From assembly GCA_965221125.1 (NCBI GenBank), contig CBDCRW010000007.1, forward strand, positions 32,001-96,000: a stretch of DNA of 64,000 bases, in the 5' to 3' direction. Below are positions 10,567-23,283 of this stretch, one piece after another. The notes below the pieces were generated by a model. That model was given only the letters and a program-made list of their open reading frames with translations. It ran no database searches and was not told where the DNA came from. A program made the position numbers and the translations under genes. Within the stretch, counting starts at the first letter, position 1, and each line of letters starts with the position of its first letter. The stretch is from Alphaproteobacteria bacterium. GTDB lineage: Bacteria > Pseudomonadota > Alphaproteobacteria > UBA828.

Positions 10567-11102
10567 TCGGACGTCTCGTCGAGCTGAAGGCGGCTCTGTC
10601 CGGGGCCGGAGTTCTCTTTCTCCGGCGGCCTGGGCCTGTAGCGGCGACCGGCGGCGATCAGCGCTTGATCGGTAGCCTCATAGCGCCTCAGGCGGGCGAT
10701 GAGCGCCGCGTTCCTGGCGACCAGCTCGCTGACGCGGCGCTCGGCGGCCGCGCTGCGCCGCTGTTCCTCGCGCAGGCGGGAGGCCGGCACCATGGCCTCC
10801 CCGCCGGCGTCGCCCGGCGCCTCGACAGCTCCCGTGGTCTGGCGGTCGTGCACGGAGGGCGGCGATCCTCTGGCGGAGAAGGCCACGCCCTTCCGGCCGG
10901 CGTAGTCCTTGAGCATGGCGCGGAAGGACGGGTTCTGCGTCACCGTCGACCGGCCAACCCCGACCAGCTGGCAGATCTTCGCCAGATGGAGAGCCCGGCC
11001 GTTCATGGGCAAGGTCTCGCCGGCCGCCTCGCGCGCGTCGATCTCTTCGCGCAGGCGCAGCACCGCCTGCCGGCCGCGTTCCGCGCCGCTGCCCCTGCTC
11101 AT
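10563..11102 (-). CDS. Hypothetical protein with putative HTH and coiled coil
   Basis: LAKICQLVGVGRSTVTQNP HTH-like segment; start/stop overlaps with both neighbours. Confidence 0.7.
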   Translation of the reverse strand: MSRGSGAERGRQAVLRLREEIDAREAAGETLPMNGRALHLAKICQLVGVGRSTVTQNPSFRAMLKDYAGRKGVAFSARGSPPSVHDRQTTGAVEAPGDAGGEAMVPASRLREEQRRSAAAERRVSELVARNAALIARLRRYEATDQALIAAGRRYRPRPPEKENSGPGQSRLQLDETSE

Positions 11103-11518
11103 GCGTCATGCTCGCTATATTCTCGATCGACCGGCTGAAGCGGAGCGTCCAGCCGATGGTCGGGAATGCCGAGAACGTGCGTGTTGTAGGCCCAGACGGC
11201 GAACCGGGTCATCATCGCCTCGTTCTCGGCGCGAAGCCGGCAGAGGTCCGCTTCCAGGGAATCGATGCGCTCGAGGAGGGCCGCTTCGGTGTCGGTCTTC
11301 GGTCTCGGCCGCCGCCCCGCCCCGCTGCCCCTGAGTTGCTCCCTGCGGGCCGCGAGCGCCGTCCTTATCCGTTCATGCCTGGACAGCGCCTGGCGCGAGT
11401 AGGCGTGGCCGAGCCGTCGCCGCGCCAGCCTCACGACCGCGCCCCACGTGGCCACCTCGAGCGTGCCGATGGTCCTGGCGAGCGTTTCGACGTTGGTCTC
11501 GGTGAGGTGCCGGGCCAT
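11099..11518 (-). CDS. Small recombinase-associated protein (TnpC/auxiliary-like, coiled coil)
   Basis: MARHLTE...YSRQALSRHERI...LLERIDSLEADLCRLRAENEAM...WAYN; directly downstream of third recombinase. Confidence 0.7.
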   Translation of the reverse strand: MARHLTETNVETLARTIGTLEVATWGAVVRLARRRLGHAYSRQALSRHERIRTALAARREQLRGSGAGRRPRPKTDTEAALLERIDSLEADLCRLRAENEAMMTRFAVWAYNTHVLGIPDHRLDAPLQPVDREYSEHDA

Positions 11519-11519
11519 G

Positions 11520-13574
11520 TCACGGTTTCCGTAGCCGGGGTAAGGAATCGGGAGCCGGGCCGGGGCCGGGCAGGGCTTTCGCCGAACCGGCCCCGTCGCC
11601 GCCGATCGCATAGCGTGCCGCGCCGTCGAGCCTCAGGACGGCGCCCGGCGCGATCGCCGCGTCGTCGATCAGGGCGACGAGCTCGCGCAGGCGCGCAAGC
11701 TCGGTCCTCTTGCGGGAGAGCCAGATCTCCGAGTTGCCTTCGCCGATAGCTGCGGCCTCTTCCGCGGACGCGACAGCTTTCTGGATGACGGCTAGGCGGT
11801 CGCGCAGGGCGCGCTCGGCGCGCTCGTCTCCCTTGACGCAGGCGTGCTCGACGCAGTTCAGGCAGTCCCGGTACATCGGGCAGGGCGACGCCGCAAAGTC
11901 GTGCAGGCAGGCGCCGTAACGCGTCAGATGCACCCCGGCGAGACTGCCCTCGATCAGCTGCCGCGGGGTCACCGGCCGCTGAGGGGTTGCCGTCATCGGG
12001 CTGCCGAAGATGTCCCCGCCGAGAGAGCGCGCCTTGGAGACGAGGGAATCGGCGGTTTCGTGGTCGTAGTACGCGTTGTGCCGGATGTCCTTGCGGCCCG
12101 CCCATCTCGCGATGTCGAGCTGCGACAGGTTCCCCTCGTTCGCCAGCGTGGTCATGTAGTGGCGCAGCTGGTGAGGCGTGATGCGGACGGTCTCGCCATC
12201 GTCGTCCACCAGCCCGAGACGGCCGAACAATCCAGCCTTTTGATCGCTCGTGCAGTCTCTCCCGTTCATGGTGTTCTTGATCTCGCTGGTCGAGACGCAG
12301 GAAAGGCGCCAGAAGAGAGTGCACGATTGCCGGGCCATGTCAGCGGTGCGTACGAGCAGCGCGCGGTCGTATCCGAGGCCGGATCTGGGATCGGCCAGCG
12401 GGAAGCCTTGCGGGAGCTCCGCCCGAAAGCCTTCTTCGATCGGCGCGCGGAGATAAAGCTTGGCGTTCATTGCGAGCTTGACGCCCAGCTGTGTTGCGTG
12501 GTCCGCGCGAACATCGAATCCGTTTCTGCGCAGCGCGACAAGCACGGTCCTCGGATCGGCGGCCGTTCCGAGACTCCTCATGCTGATGTAGCCCTCGCGG
12601 GCGAGAGGATCGTCCGGGGCGTCGCCCGGGAGGATGTCCTCGCCGGCCATGTACCTGCGCGCAAGCGCGCGGGCGGGCTCGGTGACGTCTCGAATGCGCT
12701 TCAGCGCGTCCCTCGCCAGCGGCACGAACGCGCTCGGGATCCAGCGCGTCTCGGGCTCGCCGCCCTTCGACGGATACCAGCGCAGGCCGTAGCGGTCCTT
12801 GCCGCTCTCGACGGCCTCCACTTCGCAATCGTAGGCGTCGAGCCGGTGCAGCTCGGAGATGCGGCTGTGCGTCACCAGGAGAAGGGCGTATGCGGAAGCG
12901 GCAATCACGTCCATTGGATGCTCGGCGCGGCGGTATGCCTCTCCGAGCGCGGCAAGCGCGCGTTCCGAGGGAAGTTTCCGGGCCCGAGCCCGCTCGCGTT
13001 CGACGCCGATGCGATCGAAGCTCGTCGGCCGCCTGATGGGGCAGGTCCAGACGAGAGGCCGCGCGACGAGGCCGTGATGGTCGAGAAAGCCGGCGATCGC
13101 TTGAAGCTGCAGGCCGACGCGATACGCAGTGTGGCGGCTGTAAGCAGAGCGAGAGGCCGCGGCGGCGGCGTTGAAGTCGTCGGGCCGCGCGTCGGCAATC
13201 GATTTGCCAGCTTCGGCGAGAGTCTTGTCGAGATGCCGCATCGCCGAGAGCATCAGCTGAGGGGCCATCTGTGGGGCAAGACCATACCTGTAGCGCAGGT
13301 ACGCCTTGAAGAAGTCGGCGTTGCGGGCGCCGAACGGCGCGTAGTGCTCGATCGACCTTGGCGCTTTCTTCAGGGGATGACCCCAGTTGAGGCGAAGCAC
13401 GCTCTTGCTGCGGCCCGACACAGTGGCAACTCCGCGCAGCTCCCATCTCGGCGCGTCCCAGTCGAGCTCGGCGCCGAACACCGTGAGGTCGTCGCGCGCA
13501 TGACGGATGAACTCGGCGAGCCTCGCTTCGGCATCGAGCGCCTCCGCCGGCCGGAAGAGCGCGAGCTCAGCCAT
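11520..13574 (-). CDS. Large tyrosine recombinase (third of trio)
   Basis: THSRISEL (R), TPHQLRHY (HxxR), WAGRKDIRHNAYYDH (Y), C-terminal Cys cluster GACLHDFAASPCPMYRDCLNCVEH; start at MAELALF overlapping upstream stop. Confidence 0.85.
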   Translation of the reverse strand: MAELALFRPAEALDAEARLAEFIRHARDDLTVFGAELDWDAPRWELRGVATVSGRSKSVLRLNWGHPLKKAPRSIEHYAPFGARNADFFKAYLRYRYGLAPQMAPQLMLSAMRHLDKTLAEAGKSIADARPDDFNAAAAASRSAYSRHTAYRVGLQLQAIAGFLDHHGLVARPLVWTCPIRRPTSFDRIGVERERARARKLPSERALAALGEAYRRAEHPMDVIAASAYALLLVTHSRISELHRLDAYDCEVEAVESGKDRYGLRWYPSKGGEPETRWIPSAFVPLARDALKRIRDVTEPARALARRYMAGEDILPGDAPDDPLAREGYISMRSLGTAADPRTVLVALRRNGFDVRADHATQLGVKLAMNAKLYLRAPIEEGFRAELPQGFPLADPRSGLGYDRALLVRTADMARQSCTLFWRLSCVSTSEIKNTMNGRDCTSDQKAGLFGRLGLVDDDGETVRITPHQLRHYMTTLANEGNLSQLDIARWAGRKDIRHNAYYDHETADSLVSKARSLGGDIFGSPMTATPQRPVTPRQLIEGSLAGVHLTRYGACLHDFAASPCPMYRDCLNCVEHACVKGDERAERALRDRLAVIQKAVASAEEAAAIGEGNSEIWLSRKRTELARLRELVALIDDAAIAPGAVLRLDGAARYAIGGDGAGSAKALPGPGPAPDSLPRLRKP

Positions 13575-15054
13575 GAGCCACCCCCGTCCGCATCGCGCGG
13601 CAACGATCGGCGACCTCCGCGACGGCCATGATGGTTGCGTCGTTGGCGGCGGCCACCTGCGGGGAGATCCCGTCCGCGAGAAGCGTCCTGCGCTCCTCGA
13701 CCAGGGACTGCAGCAGATCCTCGTGAGGCGCGTCACGCCAGGGACGGAACGCGGCGCAGGTGTAGCATGCAAGCGGCGCCAGACGGACACAGCTGCGCGG
13801 GCCCGCGCAGGTTCCCACGCCTCCGCCGGCGGCGGACGCAACGCGACGCGACGGCGCTTCCCCGGCGCCGGATTCGACCTCGCCCGCAACGATCGTGCCC
13901 CTGAACAGCCCGGCCAGCGGCTCCGCCCGGCCATGAAGGGCGGCGTCCATGCGGTCCTGGATCGAGCCGCGCGACTCCACATACACGCCGACGTGCTGGA
14001 GGTCGGTGTGATCGAGAAGGTGAGCGATCAGAACAGGAGGGTGACCCACATCGGCAGCACGCGTCCCGAGAGTGCTCCGGAACCGCCGGGGCGCCAGGTT
14101 GATCGGAGCGGCAGTGCGCGCCGACCGAAGGCCGAGCGCGCTCTGGATGCGCCTCAGAGCGCGGCCGGCACCGCCCCTGCCGATGTGTGCCTCCGCGAGC
14201 GATGCGAAGGCGGTCGCCTCGACGGCAAAGATCGGACGCCGGTCGACCGGAATGCCCCGGAAGCGCTCGTCGCGGGATCGCTCCTCGACGAGTTCCCTAA
14301 GCAGAACGGCAAGCTCGCCAGGGATGACCCGCTCGCGCGTGAGGCGCTTCGGCGTCCTCTTCTTGAGAGACGGCACCAGGAGGCGAGATGCGGCCGATCC
14401 CGGTGCAGGCGGAACCAGATCGCCACAAGTCAGCATCGACAGCTGGCCGGGCCGGGCCCCCGTTGCGGTCAGCGTGAGAAGAATGCCGAAGTCCTGCCTG
14501 CTCACGCGGCCCTCGCCATACGCCTCGCGTGCCGCAAGGGTGATGCTCTGCAACTCCACATCGGTGAAGGGACCCTTCGTGGGGTGGTGCGTGCGGACGG
14601 CGGCGCCCTTGACGTTCCCGGGTATCTTGATGCTGCTGAAGAACTGCAGCACGTCGCGGTCGACCCCGGCGTAGCCGCGTGCGACCCAGAACTTCAGGAA
14701 CGCCGCGACGTGGCCCAGATAGTGCAGTTGCTCGCGAGCGAGCAGCGACCGGTAGTCCATGAGAGCCGCCGCAGAGATGGTGGCGCCGACCGGGACATCC
14801 CGCGCCATTCTTGCGAGGGCCTGGACGCCCCCCAACACGGTGTCGGGGGAGCGATCTTCCATGTAGGCAAGGGCAGCCTGCTTGACGTTGTCGGCGTGCC
14901 CGGCGCCCCAATGATCTCGTATCGGCTTGAAGGAGATGCGGGTCACGCCCTTCTCCAGCACGATCTTCCAGACGTCGCCGCCGGAATCGAATCCCGCATG
15001 GATGCCGCGCTCTCGCGGAGCGCCGGCAGGCTGCAATCCGCCCGGACTACTCAC
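13567..15054 (-). CDS. Tyrosine recombinase (second of trio)
   Basis: TGARPGQL, APRRFRSTLGT (HxxR variant), LLDHTDLQHVGVY, C-terminal C..C...CYTC..F zinc-like motif. Confidence 0.85.
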   Translation of the reverse strand: MSSPGGLQPAGAPRERGIHAGFDSGGDVWKIVLEKGVTRISFKPIRDHWGAGHADNVKQAALAYMEDRSPDTVLGGVQALARMARDVPVGATISAAALMDYRSLLAREQLHYLGHVAAFLKFWVARGYAGVDRDVLQFFSSIKIPGNVKGAAVRTHHPTKGPFTDVELQSITLAAREAYGEGRVSRQDFGILLTLTATGARPGQLSMLTCGDLVPPAPGSAASRLLVPSLKKRTPKRLTRERVIPGELAVLLRELVEERSRDERFRGIPVDRRPIFAVEATAFASLAEAHIGRGGAGRALRRIQSALGLRSARTAAPINLAPRRFRSTLGTRAADVGHPPVLIAHLLDHTDLQHVGVYVESRGSIQDRMDAALHGRAEPLAGLFRGTIVAGEVESGAGEAPSRRVASAAGGGVGTCAGPRSCVRLAPLACYTCAAFRPWRDAPHEDLLQSLVEERRTLLADGISPQVAAANDATIMAVAEVADRCRAMRTGVAHG

Positions 15055-16291
15055 CCTCGAACAATCCCTGGTGCATGCCTCTCAGGGCGGCCTCGGCCGC
15101 CCGTTCGACGTGACGGTGCGTGTAGACCGCCGCCATCTTCGAATCCGGACTCCATCCCATCAGGAAGTTGCGGATGCGCTCCTCGCTCGCCTCGGGGGTG
15201 CGATCGCCACGCTCCGCCCTGCCGTCGATCGCGGCCGAGAACCTGTCGTTCCAGGTGTGGCGCAACAGGTGAGGATGGAGACGGAAGCCGAGAACGCTTT
15301 CGAGCGCAGCGAAGACGTTGCCCACGCTTCTCGGGGTCAACGGCGCTCCCGGCCTGATTCCTGCATGGGACACGAAGACATAGGCGTGCATCCGGGCGCC
15401 GGGTTCGGTCCGGCGCCAATCCGACAGGTAGGCGAAGAGGATGTCCGCCAGCTCCGGCCTGATCGGCACGGGCCGTGCGCCGGACTTGGTCTTCGGCTTC
15501 TGCCGACGAGGGTCCCGGGGGTCCGGAGGGCGCCGATGGATCGAGATCGTCAGTTTCCTGAAGTCGATGTCCGGGATCTTCAGGCCGCAAAGCTCGCCCC
15601 TGCGCATGCCGGTCTCGTCAAGGCAGGCAACAACGGCAAGGTTGCGATAGCGAACCGCCTCGCTCCGGAACGGGTTTTCCGGCGAGGACGGATCGATGAC
15701 GGCGAACAGCCGGTCGCGCTGTTCCGGCGACAGGCCCTTCCTGGGCTCGGACGGTTGACGCGCGCCCACCTTCGCCCGGGCGGTCAGAGCCTTGACGGTG
15801 TCGCGAAGGAGCTGCTGCGATCCGGCGGCACGGCTGTGGCTTGCAAGCCAGTCGAGATAGGCAGCGACGGACCGCACACGGTTGGCTCCGGTCTGGGGGT
15901 CCAGCATCTCATCGCAGTCGTGGGGAAGGTGCCGATGAAGCTCCTTGCCCGATCTGGAAAGCGGCAGGACATTGGCTTGGTGGGGACGCTCGGTCCGATC
16001 CGGAACCCGGGCGGTCTTCAGCGCATGGGAAAGACTCTCGACCTCCCGCAGCTCCAGACCGGCGCCCGTGGCCATGCGTGCTTCGAGGGAGAGCCCGTTC
16101 GAGTGCGCCCACACCCGGGCCGCCGCGATCGCGCGCATGTGCGCCTCGATCGTGTTCTCGGCGCGGCCGGCGTTTCTGAGAATGGAGACCGCATACCGTA
16201 TCGGCTCGGGCGCGGGGGCCGAGCCGGGCTCGACCAGGGCGGGGAGCGTCTCGCCGCCGGGAAGTCTGATTCTGCGGACGCTCTCGGGCAT
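15047..16291 (-). CDS. Tyrosine recombinase (first of trio)
   Basis: ETGMRRGELCGL, KTKSGAR, HPHLLRHTWN, LMGWSPDSKMAAVY. Confidence 0.9.
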   Translation of the reverse strand: MPESVRRIRLPGGETLPALVEPGSAPAPEPIRYAVSILRNAGRAENTIEAHMRAIAAARVWAHSNGLSLEARMATGAGLELREVESLSHALKTARVPDRTERPHQANVLPLSRSGKELHRHLPHDCDEMLDPQTGANRVRSVAAYLDWLASHSRAAGSQQLLRDTVKALTARAKVGARQPSEPRKGLSPEQRDRLFAVIDPSSPENPFRSEAVRYRNLAVVACLDETGMRRGELCGLKIPDIDFRKLTISIHRRPPDPRDPRRQKPKTKSGARPVPIRPELADILFAYLSDWRRTEPGARMHAYVFVSHAGIRPGAPLTPRSVGNVFAALESVLGFRLHPHLLRHTWNDRFSAAIDGRAERGDRTPEASEERIRNFLMGWSPDSKMAAVYTHRHVERAAEAALRGMHQGLFEGE

Positions 16292-16416
16292 CGAAAGTTT
16301 ACGCTCTTGCCTTGTTCCGGCTTACCTAGAATTGCGACTCCAAACGTGTCAATCATGAAATTCAACAAAAAATGAAAGCCCGCAAGGTGTTACCCCTGCG
16401 AGCTTTACATTTCTAC

Positions 16417-16436
16417 CTAACTTCCCCTTAGAATGG
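16417..16436. repeat. Right att-like end (arm CTAACTTCCC plus core CTTAGAATGG)
   Basis: AT-rich stretch upstream of first recombinase ending in the direct repeat that includes the ssb TAA. Confidence 0.65.
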
Positions 16437-16877
16437 GAACGGCTGGCCCGAATTTTCGCCGTTCGCGGCCGCCGGCGCGTCCTCACCGTTGGCCGGCGCG
16501 GCGCCGTTGCCGTTGGTGCCGGCAGGCTTGTCCAAAAGCTGCACGCGCCCACCGGGAACGAGCAGGATCTCGGTCGAAAACCGATCCGAGTCCTCGCCGT
16601 CCTTGCGCCACTTCCTGGTCTGCATCTTGCCCGAGACGTAGATCAGCCGGCCCTTCTTCGCGTGCTTCGCCAGCATATCGATCAGCCCGTCCTGGAAGGT
16701 GACGACGCGATGCCACTCTGTCTTGTCGATCCGCTCGCCGCCTGCACGCCTGTCGATGTACGACTCGTCGGTGGCGATGCTCATGTTGGCGACGCGCCCG
16801 CCGGAGGCGAGGCTGTTGATGGTGACGTCCGCACCCAGGCGGCCAATGACTTCTGCGCGGTTCAGTCCGAAACTCAT
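16428..16877 (-). CDS. ssb: Single-stranded DNA-binding protein (backbone copy, insertion target)
   Basis: MSFGLNRAEVIGRLGAD...TEWHRVV...GKMQTRKW...PFPF. Confidence 0.93.
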   Translation of the reverse strand: MSFGLNRAEVIGRLGADVTINSLASGGRVANMSIATDESYIDRRAGGERIDKTEWHRVVTFQDGLIDMLAKHAKKGRLIYVSGKMQTRKWRKDGEDSDRFSTEILLVPGGRVQLLDKPAGTNGNGAAPANGEDAPAAANGENSGQPFPF

Positions 16878-17123
16878 CTTCGTGCTCCTTCACGTGCGAG
16901 TTCTGACGATGGTTGACGAACGGATCGGACCGCTCTCTCGCGACCTCCTCCGTTCACCCTCCTTCAAGCTCTCCCTTCCCTCTCGCCTGCGGCCTGATCC
17001 GGCGGTGGCCGGCTTCCCGAGGGCCCCGCGGACCGCACGGCCGCCGCGGCGCCGACGCCGATCCTGGATCGGGAAGTTGCCGAACGACCTGGCCCACGGC
17101 ATCTGTCTGGGGCAAGGCCGCAC

Positions 17124-17930
17124 TCATGCCGGCGGCAGCGCCATCAGCGGCACGTTGGAGAGGAACTCGACCTGGTCGGGCCGCAGCTTGGCGAAGGCGA
17201 GGCAGGCGGCGGCTTCGGCCTCAGTCTCGAAGGTCCCCAGCTCCCGCGAGGTCTGCAGCTCGATCACGGTGATCTGCGGCGGCCAGAGCGCCGCCAGGTG
17301 ACGCTCGGGCGCGCGGGAGTTGGACCGATATGCGCAGTGCTCACAGCGGGCCGCACCACCGGTGCGGACTCCACAATCCACACACGCGCCCCGCGCGCGC
17401 CTCGCGGCATAGCGTCTCTTCCCGACGGCGCTCCTTTGCTCGGGGGAGACGCGCTCCTTCTCCAGCGTGAGGCAGCGGCCGCAGCGCGACAGGCCCCCGA
17501 CCGTGGGCTGCGTGCAGCGTACGCAGCGGCCGACAGCGCGCCGCGCGTCATAGCGCCGGCGGTCGCGTGCGCGCCGTGTCTCGCGGCATGGCTCGCAGAC
17601 GGAGCGGCCCTCCTCCGGCCGACGGCGGCCGCAGGATGTACACAGCCCTGCCTCCTTCCACGCCCTCCGCCGCCGCCTGTCGCCGGCGCGGTCGGCTCTG
17701 CGGCAGCGCTCCGGATCGCGGCCGCCGTACTGCTTGCCCTCAGCGCGGGCCTTGGCCCGGCGGGCGCGGTCGGCGGCGCGGCGTTTCTCGGCACAGCCGG
17801 TGCACATCTTGAGGCCAGGCTCGGAAGGAAGCCGACCGCAGCGGGTGCACCGGCCGCTGGCGATGCGCGCGGCGTGGCGCTGGCGGAGGCGTCGATCCCG
17901 CGCCTTCTTCACCGGGTCCTTGAGCGGCAT
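17124..17930 (-). CDS. Basic protein with four repeated CxxC-x(9-11)-CxxC zinc-finger-like units
   Basis: GRCTRCG..CTGC, GLCTSCG..CEPC, GRCVRCT..CGRC, GACVDCG..CEHC. Confidence 0.7.
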   Translation of the reverse strand: MPLKDPVKKARDRRLRQRHAARIASGRCTRCGRLPSEPGLKMCTGCAEKRRAADRARRAKARAEGKQYGGRDPERCRRADRAGDRRRRRAWKEAGLCTSCGRRRPEEGRSVCEPCRETRRARDRRRYDARRAVGRCVRCTQPTVGGLSRCGRCLTLEKERVSPEQRSAVGKRRYAARRARGACVDCGVRTGGAARCEHCAYRSNSRAPERHLAALWPPQITVIELQTSRELGTFETEAEAAACLAFAKLRPDQVEFLSNVPLMALPPA

Positions 17931-17945
17931 GGCCGGCCACCCCTG

Positions 17946-18269
17946 TCAGCGCGCGTAGCGGGTGGTCAGCAAGCCTGTGGCTTGGGTCCCCCACATCTGC
18001 ACGCCGGAGCGAGCCAGCTTGACCCCCGTGCAGACGATGATTTCGTTGGGCGCAGGCCGCATCTCCCGGACCGCTTTGCGCGAAACGATCTTCCTGCGCG
18101 GCTTGCCCCGGCCCTTCGTCCTGGGCCGCTCCGCCTGGACAGGCTCGATCTCGCCGTTGGGATGGGAGCGGTACTTCTCGACCACGTAGCGCTCGTCGTC
18201 GAGGCCTCTGCCGAACAGGTGCACCAGAAAGGTCTGCGCGTCGCGATGGAATATTCGGTCGGTCCGCAT
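17946..18269 (-). CDS. Hypothetical protein
   Basis: MRTDRIFHRD... segment of longer ORF; start and reality uncertain. Confidence 0.3.
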   Translation of the reverse strand: MRTDRIFHRDAQTFLVHLFGRGLDDERYVVEKYRSHPNGEIEPVQAERPRTKGRGKPRRKIVSRKAVREMRPAPNEIIVCTGVKLARSGVQMWGTQATGLLTTRYAR

Positions 18270-18619
18270 CTTGCCGCCTCCCCCGGTGAAGGTTGCCGAC
18301 GGCGAGGACACGCTCCGCAGCGCCGCCCCCGCCGCCCCGGTTCCGGCCGGGCTCTCGCTCATGGCGACGTGCCGGCGGCGGAGGGGCGGGCGGCGCGCTG
18401 GGGTGGCGGAAGCCCCCGTTTCATCGTCCGGGGACGCTGGAGGCGGGGGAAGAGGCGTGGGCCGGTGATAGCTGCAGATCGTGCGCTGGGCCACGGTGCT
18501 GGAAGAGATGTTCGCCGAGGACGAGCGCAACGCCGCCGGGGAAGGCCGCCAGGACCCCGGTTGCAGGTCCCGTCGTCCGCGCGGCAGCGCACGGACGGCG
18601 GGCAACGCCCGGCGGAGGG

Positions 18620-21881
<3,262 letters not shown>

Positions 21882-22171
21882 ACCCTGGAAACGGGGTCAG
21901 CCGCGACTATGCGGCGCCACGTATGGGCAAAGGACCACACGGCATGCGGTTCTTATGGTCGAGCCGAACGCACCACGCCTTCGGCGCGCAGCGCAGGCGC
22001 AGATCGCACAGCCGCGAAGGTCGCCTACGGCAGGCGCGCTGCCGATCCATGTCTCGGCCCATGGCGCTCGATCACCGCTGGGGCCGGGGAAACGCACGTG
22101 CCCCGACACTGGTCCCCTGGTCCCCCGCATGCACGGTGCTGCCGGCAGGCGCGTCCCCGCCGGCAAGATAC

Positions 22172-23221
22172 TCACGGCTCGGTCCATCCCGCCCGGTGCC
22201 TGGCCGCGCCGCCGAAGAAGGCGAGGCACGCCCGCGCCAGCGATCTCTGCCTCCCCTCCTCCGTGAGCACGGCAAGGAAGCTCCTGCCAGTCTCGACGAA
22301 GCCGCCCGCCTGCATCACCAGAGTGTCGGCCTCCACATGCCGTCCAATCAGATGACGCCAGCCGAGCACGAGGCCGCGGCCGGCAACGGCCGCTTCAAGC
22401 GCCTGGGCATGACTCTCGACGACTTCGTACCGGGGGGCCGGGGCCGGACGACCCACGGCCTCGAACCAGCGCTCCCAGGACGCTCCGCTCTCGCCAGGCC
22501 CCGCGAGATCGAGAAGGGTCAGACCGTCCCAGCCCGCCGCAGGTCCGTCCAGAACCTGGGCATGGGCGGCGGCGTAGCCGGGAGAGCAGAAGGCGCCAAC
22601 GGCTCCCCTGGCAACCGTCACGCAGTGCCTGGGTGCGGCAGTCTCCGCGTCCCAGGTGAGCATGATGTCGGCGGCGGGCTCGGACGGCGCCGGCGCTGCT
22701 GCGTTTGTGTGGGCGAGGATGCGGATTCGGACGTCATCTCCAAGCGCAGCTTTCAGCGCCTCATAGCGCTGCATCGCGAAGAGATGGGACAACTCGCCCG
22801 GACAGGCGATCGCTACCTCCGTCCCGTCCTCGCCGGAGTGTTCCGCAATCTCCGCAGCCCCGCCATGGAGAGCGTCGAGAGCCAGAAGGACGGCCTTGTG
22901 AAAGCGAAGCCCCGCATCGGTCAGACTCACCCCGATCCGGGAGCGCTCGAACAGCCGTGCCGAGAGCTGGCCCTCCAGTCGCGCAATGAGGCGGCTGATC
23001 GCCGACTGCGAGGTGCCGAGCTCACGCGCCGCAAGGGAGAAGCTGCCGTGCCGTACCGCGCTCTCGAAGGCGATCAGGGCGCTCATCGACGGAACACTGT
23101 AAGGACTGCGATCGCTCAAGGGCGCGCGGGCGCGGCCAGAGCGCACGTTCCCGTCCTCGCGCTGCTCCACATGGCGCGGCTCTCCGCTCCTGGCCATGCA
23201 TCCCTCCCCGGCACGTATCAC
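22172..23221 (-). CDS. LysR-family regulator (GcvA-like); true start probably further downstream
   Basis: ALIAFESAVRHGSFSLAARELGTSQSAISRLIARLE HTH. Confidence 0.85.
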   Translation of the reverse strand: MIRAGEGCMARSGEPRHVEQREDGNVRSGRARAPLSDRSPYSVPSMSALIAFESAVRHGSFSLAARELGTSQSAISRLIARLEGQLSARLFERSRIGVSLTDAGLRFHKAVLLALDALHGGAAEIAEHSGEDGTEVAIACPGELSHLFAMQRYEALKAALGDDVRIRILAHTNAAAPAPSEPAADIMLTWDAETAAPRHCVTVARGAVGAFCSPGYAAAHAQVLDGPAAGWDGLTLLDLAGPGESGASWERWFEAVGRPAPAPRYEVVESHAQALEAAVAGRGLVLGWRHLIGRHVEADTLVMQAGGFVETGRSFLAVLTEEGRQRSLARACLAFFGGAARHRAGWTEP

Positions 23222-23283
23222 CGCGTGAGCCCGGTCTCCGCAGCCGCCAGGCGCTCAGGCCGCGAGAACCCCGCCGGGCCGCC

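Larger units (their letters stand above)
4809..16436 (-). mobile_element. Integrative element with three tandem tyrosine recombinases, inserted at the 3' end of ssb
   Basis: Direct repeat CTTAGAATGG at 4809-4818 and 16427-16436 (overlaps ssb stop); internal inverted arms GGGAAGTTGG (4823-4832) / CTAACTTCCC (16417-16426); recombinase operon next to the right end. Confidence 0.7.

Noticed and set aside
8590-10587. Long + strand ORF (also 11844..13631, 13507..15357, 25941..27941, 30625..32604, 50763..53540)
   Set aside because: Antisense shadows of real genes, expected in high-GC DNA
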